From Candidatus Bathyarchaeota archaeon (GTDB lineage Archaea; Thermoproteota; Bathyarchaeia; Bathyarchaeales; Bathycorpusculaceae), in assembly GCA_963832745.1 (NCBI GenBank), contig CAWHVC010000003.1, forward strand, positions 640,001-704,000: 64,000 nucleotides of DNA, written 5' to 3'. Within the stretch, counting starts at the first letter, position 1; each line of letters starts with the position of its first letter. The notes below the pieces were generated by a model. It was not told the DNA's origin and did not search any database. It saw nothing but the letters and a program-made list of their open reading frames with translations. The translations under genes and the position numbers were made by a program. Of the stretch, positions 9,311 to 18,409 are shown piece after piece.

Positions 9311-10411
9311 ATGAAAACCAGCCTTGACGTCATAATCGCCCATAACAAAGCAAAAGGAGAAGCCTTCCTCTCAGAAATTGAAGGCAAAAAGCCTCTTTTC
9401 ATTGCAACAGTTGCCACTACAGAAACAGGCAAAATTCCCGGCTTATCCGCTGCAGGACAAAACCCTGATTTTACCGATTTTACTCCCCCAGCAGACGCTG
9501 AACTTTTGCTTTTAGGTAAATGTAAATCCATCCAAGGTGTACCCATCACACCAGACGGCATCCCAACCCCGGGTTTAATTACAATGTCCGCTCTGCGACT
9601 TGCAGATATTCCCGTAGTAATTGCCAATGCAGGTTGCAAGGTTAAGCCTCAGGTTCCATTCATCGATTTAGGCGGCAACTCTGGACGCGACATCCGTTCT
9701 GGCGACTCTGTCGATAACGTCGAGGAAGTTATTGAACGTGCCAAGATCGCTGGTGAACAACTCGGGAAAACTTCAGATTACCTTGTCATAGGCGAAAGCA
9801 TTCCCGGAGGCACCACAACGGCGCTTGGTTTGCTTTCAGCTTTAGGTGTAAACGCCGAAGGCAAAGTGAGCAGTACCCTGCCACAGAATCCTCACAGCTT
9901 AAAAACCGAGGTTGTGCAAGCTGGCTTGAAAGCTGCGGGCGAAAAATTCGGCAGCCTAAATAATAACCCTATAAAGGCGGTTAGCTGCGTGGGTGACCCA
10001 ATGATGCCTGCCTTGGCTGGGTTAGTTATTGGCGCTGCAAAGCAGGTGCCTGTTTTGATGGCTGGTGGAACCCAAATGACCGCGGTTTTAGCTTTAATTA
10101 ACGCCTTAAATCCTGAAGCCCTTTGTAACGTGGCAGTAGGCACAACAAGATGGGTAACAAGCGACAAAACATCAGACATTAAAGGAATCGTTAGCCAATT
10201 CTGTGAAGTTCCAATCTTGGCGGCAGACCTAAACTTTGGCGCCTCAGCGATACCGGGCTTGCAAATTTACGAAACCGGCCTTGTCAAGGAAGGTGTCGGA
10301 GCAGGCGGAGCCTCAATTGCTGCTATGGCAAAGATGGGCGGCGCAGTCGACAAGGATTTACTTCTTAAAGCAATTGAACGTAACTATAGCGTGTTAATGT
10401 CAATGAAGTGA
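9311..10411 (+). CDS. cobT: Archaeal NaMN:base phosphoribosyltransferase CobT
   Basis: TETGKIPGLSAAG, TPPADAELL, GESIPGGTTTA, AGGTQM, VKEGVGAGG; alternative GTG start at 9293. Confidence 0.92.
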   Translation: MKTSLDVIIAHNKAKGEAFLSEIEGKKPLFIATVATTETGKIPGLSAAGQNPDFTDFTPPADAELLLLGKCKSIQGVPITPDGIPTPGLITMSALRLADIPVVIANAGCKVKPQVPFIDLGGNSGRDIRSGDSVDNVEEVIERAKIAGEQLGKTSDYLVIGESIPGGTTTALGLLSALGVNAEGKVSSTLPQNPHSLKTEVVQAGLKAAGEKFGSLNNNPIKAVSCVGDPMMPALAGLVIGAAKQVPVLMAGGTQMTAVLALINALNPEALCNVAVGTTRWVTSDKTSDIKGIVSQFCEVPILAADLNFGASAIPGLQIYETGLVKEGVGAGGASIAAMAKMGGAVDKDLLLKAIERNYSVLMSMK

Positions 10412-10418
10412 GCCCTGC

Positions 10419-11174
10419 TTGGTAATTAAAGAATTCAAGAACCTTCTATCCTTTCTTACAGTTTTGCCGGTCAAAATGGATAATGACCTCTTTACTGACT
10501 GCGCAAAATACATGTGGGCTTTCCCCTTAATCGGCGCCTTCATCGGGGTACTGGCAGGTTTTTTTGGTTGGGTAGCGTATCAGTTTTTGCCCGGAATCGT
10601 TGTGGGAGGCTTAGTAACTGCAGCGTTGCTTTGGCTTACAGGTCTTCACCACACTGATGGACTGCTGGATTTCGGCGACGGCGTCATGGTTCACGGTACC
10701 CCTGAAAAGAAAGTTGAAGTTATGCATGACCAACTTACAGGCGCAGGTGGATTAGCTCTAGGCATATTGACGATTATGATTACTGCATTGACGGTTGGAC
10801 AAATCGGCGTTGGTATCATAATTCCCGCAATCATCGTGGTTGAAGTTTCTGCTAAATTGTCAATGGTTGTTATGGCGTGGGCAGGCAAATCTGTACATCA
10901 AGGTATGAACTCATCGTTTCTCGCGTTTATGCATGGGCCACAAGGCACAGCCCGTTTAATTATTGGTTTGGTGATTTCTTTTGCCATCGCTTTGCCGCTG
11001 CTACGTTGGGCAGGCGCAGTTGTACTTACCGCAGGCATATTGACCAGTCTTGTAATGACTTCTATAGCTCATAGGAATTTTAACGGTGTAACAGGCGACG
11101 TTTTTGGCGCAACTAACGAGTTGGCACGTTTGGTTTCACTGATTGCACTATTGGGGGTGGCGGCATGGATATAA
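10419..11174 (+). CDS. cobS: Adenosylcobinamide-GDP ribazoletransferase (cobamide synthase)
   Basis: SFLTVLPV, LTGLHHTDGLLDFGDG, MHDQLTGAGG, GVTGDVFGATNE. Confidence 0.94.
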   Translation: MVIKEFKNLLSFLTVLPVKMDNDLFTDCAKYMWAFPLIGAFIGVLAGFFGWVAYQFLPGIVVGGLVTAALLWLTGLHHTDGLLDFGDGVMVHGTPEKKVEVMHDQLTGAGGLALGILTIMITALTVGQIGVGIIIPAIIVVEVSAKLSMVVMAWAGKSVHQGMNSSFLAFMHGPQGTARLIIGLVISFAIALPLLRWAGAVVLTAGILTSLVMTSIAHRNFNGVTGDVFGATNELARLVSLIALLGVAAWI

Positions 11175-11785
11175 CCGCCTTGATTATGGCAGGCGGCAAA
11201 GGCTCTCGCATGGGCTTACCCGTCGAGAAACCAATGCTCACCTTCATGGGAAAACCCCTAATTGACTACGTCGCAGCCGCAATATCCCAAGCTAAAAGCA
11301 TCAAAGAATTCTTTGTGGTAACAAGCAGCAATACGCCCAACACTGAGCAGCACTGCAAAAATATGGGTTGGAAAATTATTCACACCAACGCCAAAGGTTA
11401 CCATGACGACCTAAAACAGGCAGTCAGGCAAGCAGGTTTGACTGGTCCAGTGTTGACTATGCCCTCTGATGTGCCTGCAATCACTGGTGAAGTTCTTGAC
11501 AAAGTAGTCTGCGAGTTTGAACGGTGCGGAAAAGATTTTTTGGCGGTTTTTGTTCCTATTCAGAAACGGCTTGATCTAGGCCTTTCGATTTCCAGCACTG
11601 ACGAGTACAAGGGCGTTTGGTATGCTGTTTCGGGTATTAATGTGATTAACGGCACAAAGATTCAAGAAGAAGGAAAAATAGAAACCAGCGCCATCATCAC
11701 TGAAGAAACCGAAGTCCTTCTAAACGTTAACACCTTAAAAGACGTTGAAGTCGCCCAAAAACTGTTAGGCACTGCCGTCCGCTAA
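11165..11785 (+). CDS. cobY: Adenosylcobinamide-phosphate guanylyltransferase CobY (NTP transferase)
   Basis: ALIMAGGKGSRM, EKPML, KGYHDDL, GINVI, LNVNT; overlaps cobS. Confidence 0.85.
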   Translation: MDITALIMAGGKGSRMGLPVEKPMLTFMGKPLIDYVAAAISQAKSIKEFFVVTSSNTPNTEQHCKNMGWKIIHTNAKGYHDDLKQAVRQAGLTGPVLTMPSDVPAITGEVLDKVVCEFERCGKDFLAVFVPIQKRLDLGLSISSTDEYKGVWYAVSGINVINGTKIQEEGKIETSAIITEETEVLLNVNTLKDVEVAQKLLGTAVR

Positions 11786-13414
11786 CTTTTCAACGGTTTC
11801 GGGACTCTTTTTTTCCTCGTCTACTTTTTCAGGTGGTGCTGTCTTTCTTTCGATTAACGATTTCACGGCGTCTGCCAAGGAGTTGCATGCTGCTTTTCGG
11901 GCATCCATCGAATTATCAACCTCTTTAATTTTGATGTCCTTCTCGAGGTTCTGCATTTTGCCAACCATTGCCTGCTTCCTTTTAAGGTACTCTTCATGCA
12001 GCTTTTTCTGTTCAGCCCCAGAATCCTGCTCAGCCAGCCGCAACCGTTTTCTTGCCGCATCCAGTTTAAGGTTAACATCGATTAGCTTGTTTTCATGTGT
12101 TAATCGTTTGAGAGGGTTTCGGCTGTCGGCTTCAAGAAGCAGGTTATTATACTCTTTTTCTAAATCTCGTACTTCTTTGATTAGGAAGCTTAGGGCGGCT
12201 TTTCTTCTGGCAGCCAACTCTTTAGCTTGATTCATGTATTCAGCGTCAAGGTCCCCTGCCGTGCCATGACCAACTGTGGAGGTTTGAACAGTCAAGGCTA
12301 AACGTTTTTTTGCAGCGTTTAGTTTCTGGGTGACTTCAGTGCGTTTTTGGTCTTGCGCCATCTTTTTGAGTGGGTGAAGATAGCTAGTTTTTACTTGGTC
12401 TAGTTCTGTCAATTCTTCTTCGAGGTGCCGTACATTTTTGATTAGAAAGTCAATGGCGCTTGTGCCTTTAGTAACGATGTCTTTGGTTTGGGCAGCATAT
12501 CCGGCGCTGATTTCGCCAAGAAGCTGCTTATTTTCCTCTAAAGACTTGGTTGAAACTTCAAGTTCCGCTTCATTTATCAAACGATTAGCAAGTTCCTCTT
12601 CAATGTCACTGAAAATGTCTGAGAACTGCTTGTTAAACTCTTCATCAGGGGAGATTATGCCATTTGCGGTAAAGGACATTACGACTTGACGTAGGTTAAC
12701 CATCCAGTCGTCAAAGAATCGACTGATTGGTGAATACTCAAACTTTTCGTTACTAAGTAAATCGATGAACTCCAAAGTTTCAGCTTTGATTGCCTCGATT
12801 CGTGCAAGCTGTTCAGCAGTGTAAATTGATGTTGGTTGCGTCGGTTCTTCGGGGTCTGGAGTGGGCACTTCGGCGGCTGCAGGGTTCGCTTTGGGCAAGT
12901 CTATGGGGGCTTTGGTTGTAACTTTTTGAATGCTCGGCTGTACTTTTTCTTGCTGAGGTTTAATCGGTAATGGTTGTGAGGGTGCTTCTTTGACAAAAAG
13001 TTGTTTAGGTGGCTCTTGTTTAGGTTGCGCTTTGAAGTTGACCAGTTTGGGGATTACCTCACTAAACACAGTTACCATTAAGTCACGGTTCTTGGCTTGC
13101 GTTAAATCAACAATTTCAATATAGTCTTCACTGTATGTTAACGCCAAGAGTCCGTTAGAGTAAACAAGTGCTTGAGTTGCCTTTGCGTAACCGTAAGGAA
13201 GCACAGATGCCGAGACCGCAATTGACATCGTTAGAGGTCGCATATTTTTTTGTAGTGCCTCAAAAAAGCTTGCGGCTAAATCTGCTTCTTCTTTGGTGAG
13301 TTTGCCTATTTGTTGTATATCTTCGCCGATGACTTCGAAGGCTTCCATGATTTCTTCCAGTGCATTTTCCCTTTTTATCGTAATGGGTTCAACGGAAAAC
13401 GGTGTTTCTGTCAT
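11765..13414 (-). CDS. Hypothetical coiled-coil protein with Pro-rich linker and internal duplication
   Basis: 549-aa ORF; E/K/L heptads; two copies of FLIKxVRxLExE...PLK...KLxAAxKRLxL. Confidence 0.75.
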   Translation of the reverse strand: MTETPFSVEPITIKRENALEEIMEAFEVIGEDIQQIGKLTKEEADLAASFFEALQKNMRPLTMSIAVSASVLPYGYAKATQALVYSNGLLALTYSEDYIEIVDLTQAKNRDLMVTVFSEVIPKLVNFKAQPKQEPPKQLFVKEAPSQPLPIKPQQEKVQPSIQKVTTKAPIDLPKANPAAAEVPTPDPEEPTQPTSIYTAEQLARIEAIKAETLEFIDLLSNEKFEYSPISRFFDDWMVNLRQVVMSFTANGIISPDEEFNKQFSDIFSDIEEELANRLINEAELEVSTKSLEENKQLLGEISAGYAAQTKDIVTKGTSAIDFLIKNVRHLEEELTELDQVKTSYLHPLKKMAQDQKRTEVTQKLNAAKKRLALTVQTSTVGHGTAGDLDAEYMNQAKELAARRKAALSFLIKEVRDLEKEYNNLLLEADSRNPLKRLTHENKLIDVNLKLDAARKRLRLAEQDSGAEQKKLHEEYLKRKQAMVGKMQNLEKDIKIKEVDNSMDARKAACNSLADAVKSLIERKTAPPEKVDEEKKSPETVEKLADGSA

Positions 13415-13761
13415 GGCAAGCCAAACGAAAATAGCGGTTTCTGGAAAGATTAGTACTTGGGTGTCTCTGTTTCTACGCTCAAGTTTGCTATGGTCTAAGC
13501 TGGGGGTGAACGGTGAGGTTTGCTGGGTTTACATGAGTAGGTAAACGAATTGGAACCCGATAAAATTTCCTGGCAAGTGTAAATGTAGCCCATTCAGCCC
13601 CTCCTGTTCTATTTTTTATTTCTATCAAAGAAAAACAAATTTTTGATACAAAAGACCTAACTCAACAAGAGCATATTTCTAACAAAAACATTTAGTCTAC
13701 TTTTTATCGATAGGATTAAATTTTCCAAGACTGCTTTAAAGCTCTTTGAGGACAAATTTGG

Positions 13762-14748
13762 ATGCTAGCTGTCTTGCTGGGTGTTTCCGTACTCGTATTA
13801 GCGGTAATCTTAGATTTAATCATCGGCGACCCATCACCTTGGAAGCCCTGGAAACGCATCTACAACCTGCACCCAACCGTGTGGCTGGGACAGTTAACTA
13901 AAAAACTTGAACCCTACTTCAAAACAAGCAATGCCAAAATTGAAAAATTTGGCGGCGTAATCCTTGCACTAATAATTATTGGCGTAATAACAATCCCGAC
14001 CTATTTTGGTTTGCACTACATCTATGTGTTTCTTGGCGCCGCTGCATACCTGATTGTAGCACTGGTACTCTACAAATTCACAATATGCATAAAACTTGAA
14101 ACAGACGGTGCAGTTGCAGTTGCTAAAGCCATCGAAGCCAACGACTTAGTTGAAGCAAAAAAGTACGCCCACTTCTCTCGTCGAGACCCAACTAGCCTGA
14201 CCGGTCCACAAATTGGCAGCGCCGTTATCGAGTCAATGGTTGAAAACTTAACGGACTTCAAGTTATCCCCGTTCATTTACTACGCCTTCTTTGGACTGCC
14301 TGGTGCAGTGGCTTTTCGGGCAATTAATACGCTTGATGGCATGGTCGGCTTCAAGGATAAAGAGCACATTAACACTGGATGGTTCTCAGCAAACCTTGAT
14401 AACATAGTCAATTACATACCCTCCCGCTTCACAACAGTGCTCATGATAATTTCCGCTGCAATCTTAGGCTATGATTACAAGTCTGCTTGGAGAATCGCTA
14501 AACGTGACCATAAACGTGTTCAAAGCAGAAATCATGGTTGGCAGATGGCGGCAATCGCAGGTGCACTTCATATTCAACTGGAGAAGCCTGGTAGATACAC
14601 TGTCGGCGACCCAATAGAGGTTATTACGCCTGATAAAATCATGAAATCCCTAAAAGTACGCGACGTATCTATTGTGCTTTGCATGTTAATGGTTGTGCCA
14701 ATTATTGTTGTGATTGGGCTTTATTGGCCGTGGCTTTGGGGTCTTTAA
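13762..14748 (+). CDS. cbiB: Adenosylcobinamide-phosphate synthase CbiB
   Basis: LDLIIGDP, HPTVWLG, IESMVEN, FRAINTLDGMVG, LDNIVNYIPSR, AGALHIQLEKPG. Confidence 0.93.
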   Translation: MLAVLLGVSVLVLAVILDLIIGDPSPWKPWKRIYNLHPTVWLGQLTKKLEPYFKTSNAKIEKFGGVILALIIIGVITIPTYFGLHYIYVFLGAAAYLIVALVLYKFTICIKLETDGAVAVAKAIEANDLVEAKKYAHFSRRDPTSLTGPQIGSAVIESMVENLTDFKLSPFIYYAFFGLPGAVAFRAINTLDGMVGFKDKEHINTGWFSANLDNIVNYIPSRFTTVLMIISAAILGYDYKSAWRIAKRDHKRVQSRNHGWQMAAIAGALHIQLEKPGRYTVGDPIEVITPDKIMKSLKVRDVSIVLCMLMVVPIIVVIGLYWPWLWGL

Positions 14749-14854
14749 ATTTTATCAAAATTACCGTTTTCAAGGCTTAATCGGAGTTTTTCGAAAGCTT
14801 TAAACATTTGGGGCTCTGTATTTGCCAGAGACATAGAGTATAGGGAAGAGAAAA

Positions 14855-16234
14855 ATGGGGCTTCATGTAACTCTTGTAAATCCACCTTATCGAACTCGAC
14901 CTCACCAGCATCCGCCGTTTCCACCGTTGGGTATAGGTTACTTAGCAGCTGTTCTGGAAAAAAATAATTTCAAAGTTGAAGTTATCGATTGTCAAGCATC
15001 CCGGTACACGTATGACGATTACAAACGGGAAATAGCCAACCGCAAACCCGACATTATCGGCGTAACAGCCCCAACAAGATTGTACAATTCTGCAAAAGAA
15101 ATTCTTAAAATCAGCAAAGAAGCACACCCAGACGCGGTTACTTTGCTTGGCGGTTCACATGTTACTTTCTGGAATGAAAAAGCCCTCCAAGAGTGTCCAC
15201 AACTTGATGTTGTCGTGCGCAAAGAAGGTGAATACACGCTTCTGGAACTTGCCCAGCGTTTAGAGGCAGGTAAAGACATCAGTGACGTGGCGGGAACAAC
15301 TCAACGAAAAGACGACGGGTTTATTTTTAACGTTGACAGGCCTTACATTGAAAATTTGGATGAGTTGCCTTTTCCAGCAAGACACCTTTGGGACCTTGAC
15401 GCAATAAGAAAGCAAGAAGACATGTTTTACCTAATTACAACTCGCGGCTGCTCTGCATGGTGCAACTTTTGCGCTGCAGTACGTATTTTTGGGCGAAAAT
15501 ACCGTATGCGAAGCGTTCAAAATGTGGTTGACGAGCTTGAGTTTTTGCATAAAACATACAATGCAGAAATTTTTACCTTCTGTGATGACGCATTCACTGT
15601 AGATATGAAAAGAACTGAAAGGTTATGTGAAGAAATAAACAAGCGTAACCTGAAAATAAAATGGAACATGGGCACCCGAGTTGACAGCGTATCAAAGGAG
15701 TTGTTGCAGAAGATGAAGGATGCAGGCTGCATTTCCATGTGGTGTGGTCTTGAATCAGGCGCCCAAGAAGTTCTAAATGACATGCATAAAGGTATCTCAA
15801 CCAATCAAACAAGACAGGCATTAAAATGGGTAAGAGAACTTGGCTTAAAACCAACACCAAACGTTCTGCTTGGGTATCCAGGTGAAACAATTGAGTCCGC
15901 GCTAAAATCGATAAAGTTTGCTGAGGAAGTTAGTCCCGACGAAATCGCTTACTATAATATTGCTACGCCGTATCCGGGAACTCCAATGTATGATGAAGTA
16001 ATGAAGAACGGTTGGGTGAGAAACACAAACTTTGACGATTATGACGCCACACAACCAATCTTTGAAACCCCCACCATGAGCCTACAGGACTTGCAGGCAC
16101 TTTACGATTACGCATTCAAAAGCTTCTACACGCGACCAAGCTATGTTTTGCGGATGTGGCGAAGAGGCTTCAGTTCAGGTTATGCGGCGACAGGAAGATA
16201 CATTTACTACAAACGCAAAAAATCCAACCATTAA
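14855..16234 (+). CDS. B12-binding radical SAM enzyme (class B methyltransferase-like)
   Basis: PPLGIGYLAA, GGSHVT, EGEYT, TRGCSAWCNFC, GLESG, TPYPGTP. Confidence 0.9.
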   Translation: MGLHVTLVNPPYRTRPHQHPPFPPLGIGYLAAVLEKNNFKVEVIDCQASRYTYDDYKREIANRKPDIIGVTAPTRLYNSAKEILKISKEAHPDAVTLLGGSHVTFWNEKALQECPQLDVVVRKEGEYTLLELAQRLEAGKDISDVAGTTQRKDDGFIFNVDRPYIENLDELPFPARHLWDLDAIRKQEDMFYLITTRGCSAWCNFCAAVRIFGRKYRMRSVQNVVDELEFLHKTYNAEIFTFCDDAFTVDMKRTERLCEEINKRNLKIKWNMGTRVDSVSKELLQKMKDAGCISMWCGLESGAQEVLNDMHKGISTNQTRQALKWVRELGLKPTPNVLLGYPGETIESALKSIKFAEEVSPDEIAYYNIATPYPGTPMYDEVMKNGWVRNTNFDDYDATQPIFETPTMSLQDLQALYDYAFKSFYTRPSYVLRMWRRGFSSGYAATGRYIYYKRKKSNH

Positions 16235-16369
16235 AAAGAAATTAAAACATACTAGAATTTAAACTGCCCAATTGACCTAGAAATCAAGTAACTTGGTCGC
16301 CTGAGAAACTATCTTAAGGTATTATTTTAGTAACAAGATGGCCAATAAGAGAAAAACCCTTGTTGTTTT

Positions 16370-17206
16370 TTAATCTTTCTTCTGCATACGCTTTCTTATT
16401 GCAACAAATAATGCAACAAAAACAATTATAGGTAATAGCATAAACATTACAATATTAGACACATTCGTTTGGTTAGATGTTTCATTGTATATTGCAAATT
16501 CAATATTTGTATCTGAAAGATATACGCGACCATTAATGAAAAGAACGTTGATTCCAGAACCAACCATAATTGGATCCGAGTCAAAACTCCCATCCACCAT
16601 CAAACCTGTAGTAGAGTCACAAAGTAAATCGATATTTTTTCTTGTTTGATTTATTGTCACAGTACCTTCCACGATGAAACCTTTAACCATGCCCTGACAA
16701 GTATCTAGAATGTAACCGGTTTTTACTGGTAGAGAAACCTTTTCAGGTGGAATATCCCAAATTACTACTTTTTGATCATCATTAGGATTTGCACAAACCC
16801 ATAGGTGGGTCGTCCCTATGATAGAACCATTTGAATAATGCACTGCTCTATTGTCTAAATCAACAAAAACATCGCTTTTAAGAGTCAATGTAGCATTACC
16901 CAAAGAAACGTTATTTAACGTTTTTCCCATATAATCAAAGAAGAACTCTATTTTGGCTATTTTATTAGTGATACTAAGGCAACTCCAACCAAAAGTGGCA
17001 TTATAAAAGCCAAGTGTATCATAACCTCTTGGGTTTGATGAATTAAAAAAATATGCGTAACCAGGTTGGTTAGTAGTGTACCTCACATATGTTCCTTCTC
17101 TTAGCCATGTAGGCACACATTGATCTGCATAAACTAGAGCAATAAAAAAGGAGTTTAAAATAAAACAACTTATAATCAGTATTGTGGTTAAATTTTTTAG
17201 TGTCAT
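16370..17206 (-). CDS. Secreted, C-terminally membrane-anchored hypothetical protein
   Basis: Start moved to MTLKNL at 17206; signal peptide to VYA; PTWLREGTYVRY; TM + RKRMQKK; AT-rich. Confidence 0.72.
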   Translation of the reverse strand: MTLKNLTTILIISCFILNSFFIALVYADQCVPTWLREGTYVRYTTNQPGYAYFFNSSNPRGYDTLGFYNATFGWSCLSITNKIAKIEFFFDYMGKTLNNVSLGNATLTLKSDVFVDLDNRAVHYSNGSIIGTTHLWVCANPNDDQKVVIWDIPPEKVSLPVKTGYILDTCQGMVKGFIVEGTVTINQTRKNIDLLCDSTTGLMVDGSFDSDPIMVGSGINVLFINGRVYLSDTNIEFAIYNETSNQTNVSNIVMFMLLPIIVFVALFVAIRKRMQKKD

Positions 17207-17264
17207 TTTTTTTACCCCATTTTTAAAAAAAAGAGAGAAGGATATAGTGGATTTTGCCTTTGTA

Positions 17265-17684
17265 TTACGGTAGTCCTGCGTACCCTGAACTTTGAGACCA
17301 CGTGTGCGTTGGAACAAAACGACTGTCAAGGAAGTTTGACCATGCGAGGGCGCCTATTGATGAATAAGAACCGCTTGGATAGTAGTCTTTAGAAGTTGCG
17401 TATATGCTGCCGGCAGTTTCCGGGACTCCATTAAAATACCATTGGTAGTAAAGAGGCCCGCCAAAGTTTTGAGCATTGCCTAGCCATCGACCACCGTGCA
17501 ATACAACATTTGTATAAACTCCACCAACTAGATCAGCTGCCCCGCCTGCGCCGCAGCCCTCTCCATAATAGGAGTTGGGGTTCTGTCTGGAGAATGTAGT
17601 TGCATTGACTGCGGGAATAATTGTCATTACCATCGCAACCAGTATTGCTGATATTAAGGCTGATTTTAGATTTATGTTTTTCAT
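17265..17684 (-). CDS. Small secreted Gly/Tyr/Ser-rich protein
   Basis: Sec-type signal ending AVNA; 111-aa mature region with few charged residues; GAGG SD upstream. Confidence 0.75.
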   Translation of the reverse strand: MKNINLKSALISAILVAMVMTIIPAVNATTFSRQNPNSYYGEGCGAGGAADLVGGVYTNVVLHGGRWLGNAQNFGGPLYYQWYFNGVPETAGSIYATSKDYYPSGSYSSIGALAWSNFLDSRFVPTHTWSQSSGYAGLP

Positions 17685-17733
17685 TTTTTTTCCTCATTAA
17701 GGTGTTTATTCTTTTTTTTATAATATTTTGCAT

Positions 17734-17760
17734 AATTTGTACAAATTTTGTGTACAAAAA
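17734..17760. promoter_or_regulatory. Tandem TGTACA palindromes, candidate operator
   Basis: AATTTGTACAAATT perfect 14-bp palindrome and a second TGTACA 13 bp away, between divergent genes. Confidence 0.5.
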
Positions 17761-17910
17761 TGATTAAATAGTCCTCTTTTTCGAGAATAGGATCTTTGGT
17801 TTCCAAAATTAGCGTATATATTAAAAAATAAAACTGTTTATTTTCAATAACTCCCCTTTAAAAATGCAAACATTTTCTTTTAATTGTTTTTCGTGATAAA
17901 ATTTATATGA

Positions 17911-18345
17911 ATGATGTGGTACCCAAATAACATTTACTGGCTTGGAGAGTTTGAAAAGACGAAAAAGCATATTGCCCACTTTTCAATAAATCCGAAAGAT
18001 AAAACAGCAGTTTTTAGCGCAAATAGTATTAATAAGTCTAAAAAAGAAGAAATTGAACCTGGCATAATTTTTTTGTTGCACGCTCCAAGTGGATCTAATT
18101 CCAAAAGACAAATTTTGTTGGCATTAACTCAAAGGCCAAAAAGTTGTAATCAATTGGCCACAGAACTAGAACTTAATTGGCGTACAGTATACAGACATCT
18201 TCAAATCCTTGAGCGCGAAGTGCTAGTTTTAACTTTCAATTTTGGGGAACGGAAATTTTACAAGTTATCAATCAAAGGTTGCGAAGTTATAAAAATGATC
18301 AATTGCAAAAATGAGGGTAATATTTCGTTTGATAAACAGACTTAA
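17911..18345 (+). CDS. ArsR-like winged-HTH regulator
   Basis: KRQILLAL...SCNQLATELELNWRTVYRHLQILE...FYKLSIKG. Confidence 0.82.
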   Translation: MMWYPNNIYWLGEFEKTKKHIAHFSINPKDKTAVFSANSINKSKKEEIEPGIIFLLHAPSGSNSKRQILLALTQRPKSCNQLATELELNWRTVYRHLQILEREVLVLTFNFGERKFYKLSIKGCEVIKMINCKNEGNISFDKQT

Positions 18346-18409
18346 AACATTGCTTCGAAAATTATCCTGAAAAAATGATATTAATATAAAAAGAAAAGAG
18401 ATTGGGTTT

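Noticed and set aside
13415-13760. Cobalamin riboswitch upstream of cbiB
   Set aside because: No recognisable B12-box or conserved core seen.
14855-16234. Calling the B12-rSAMs GrsA/GrsB ring synthases or BchE
   Set aside because: Only generic B12-rSAM motifs are visible; no family-specific support without a search.
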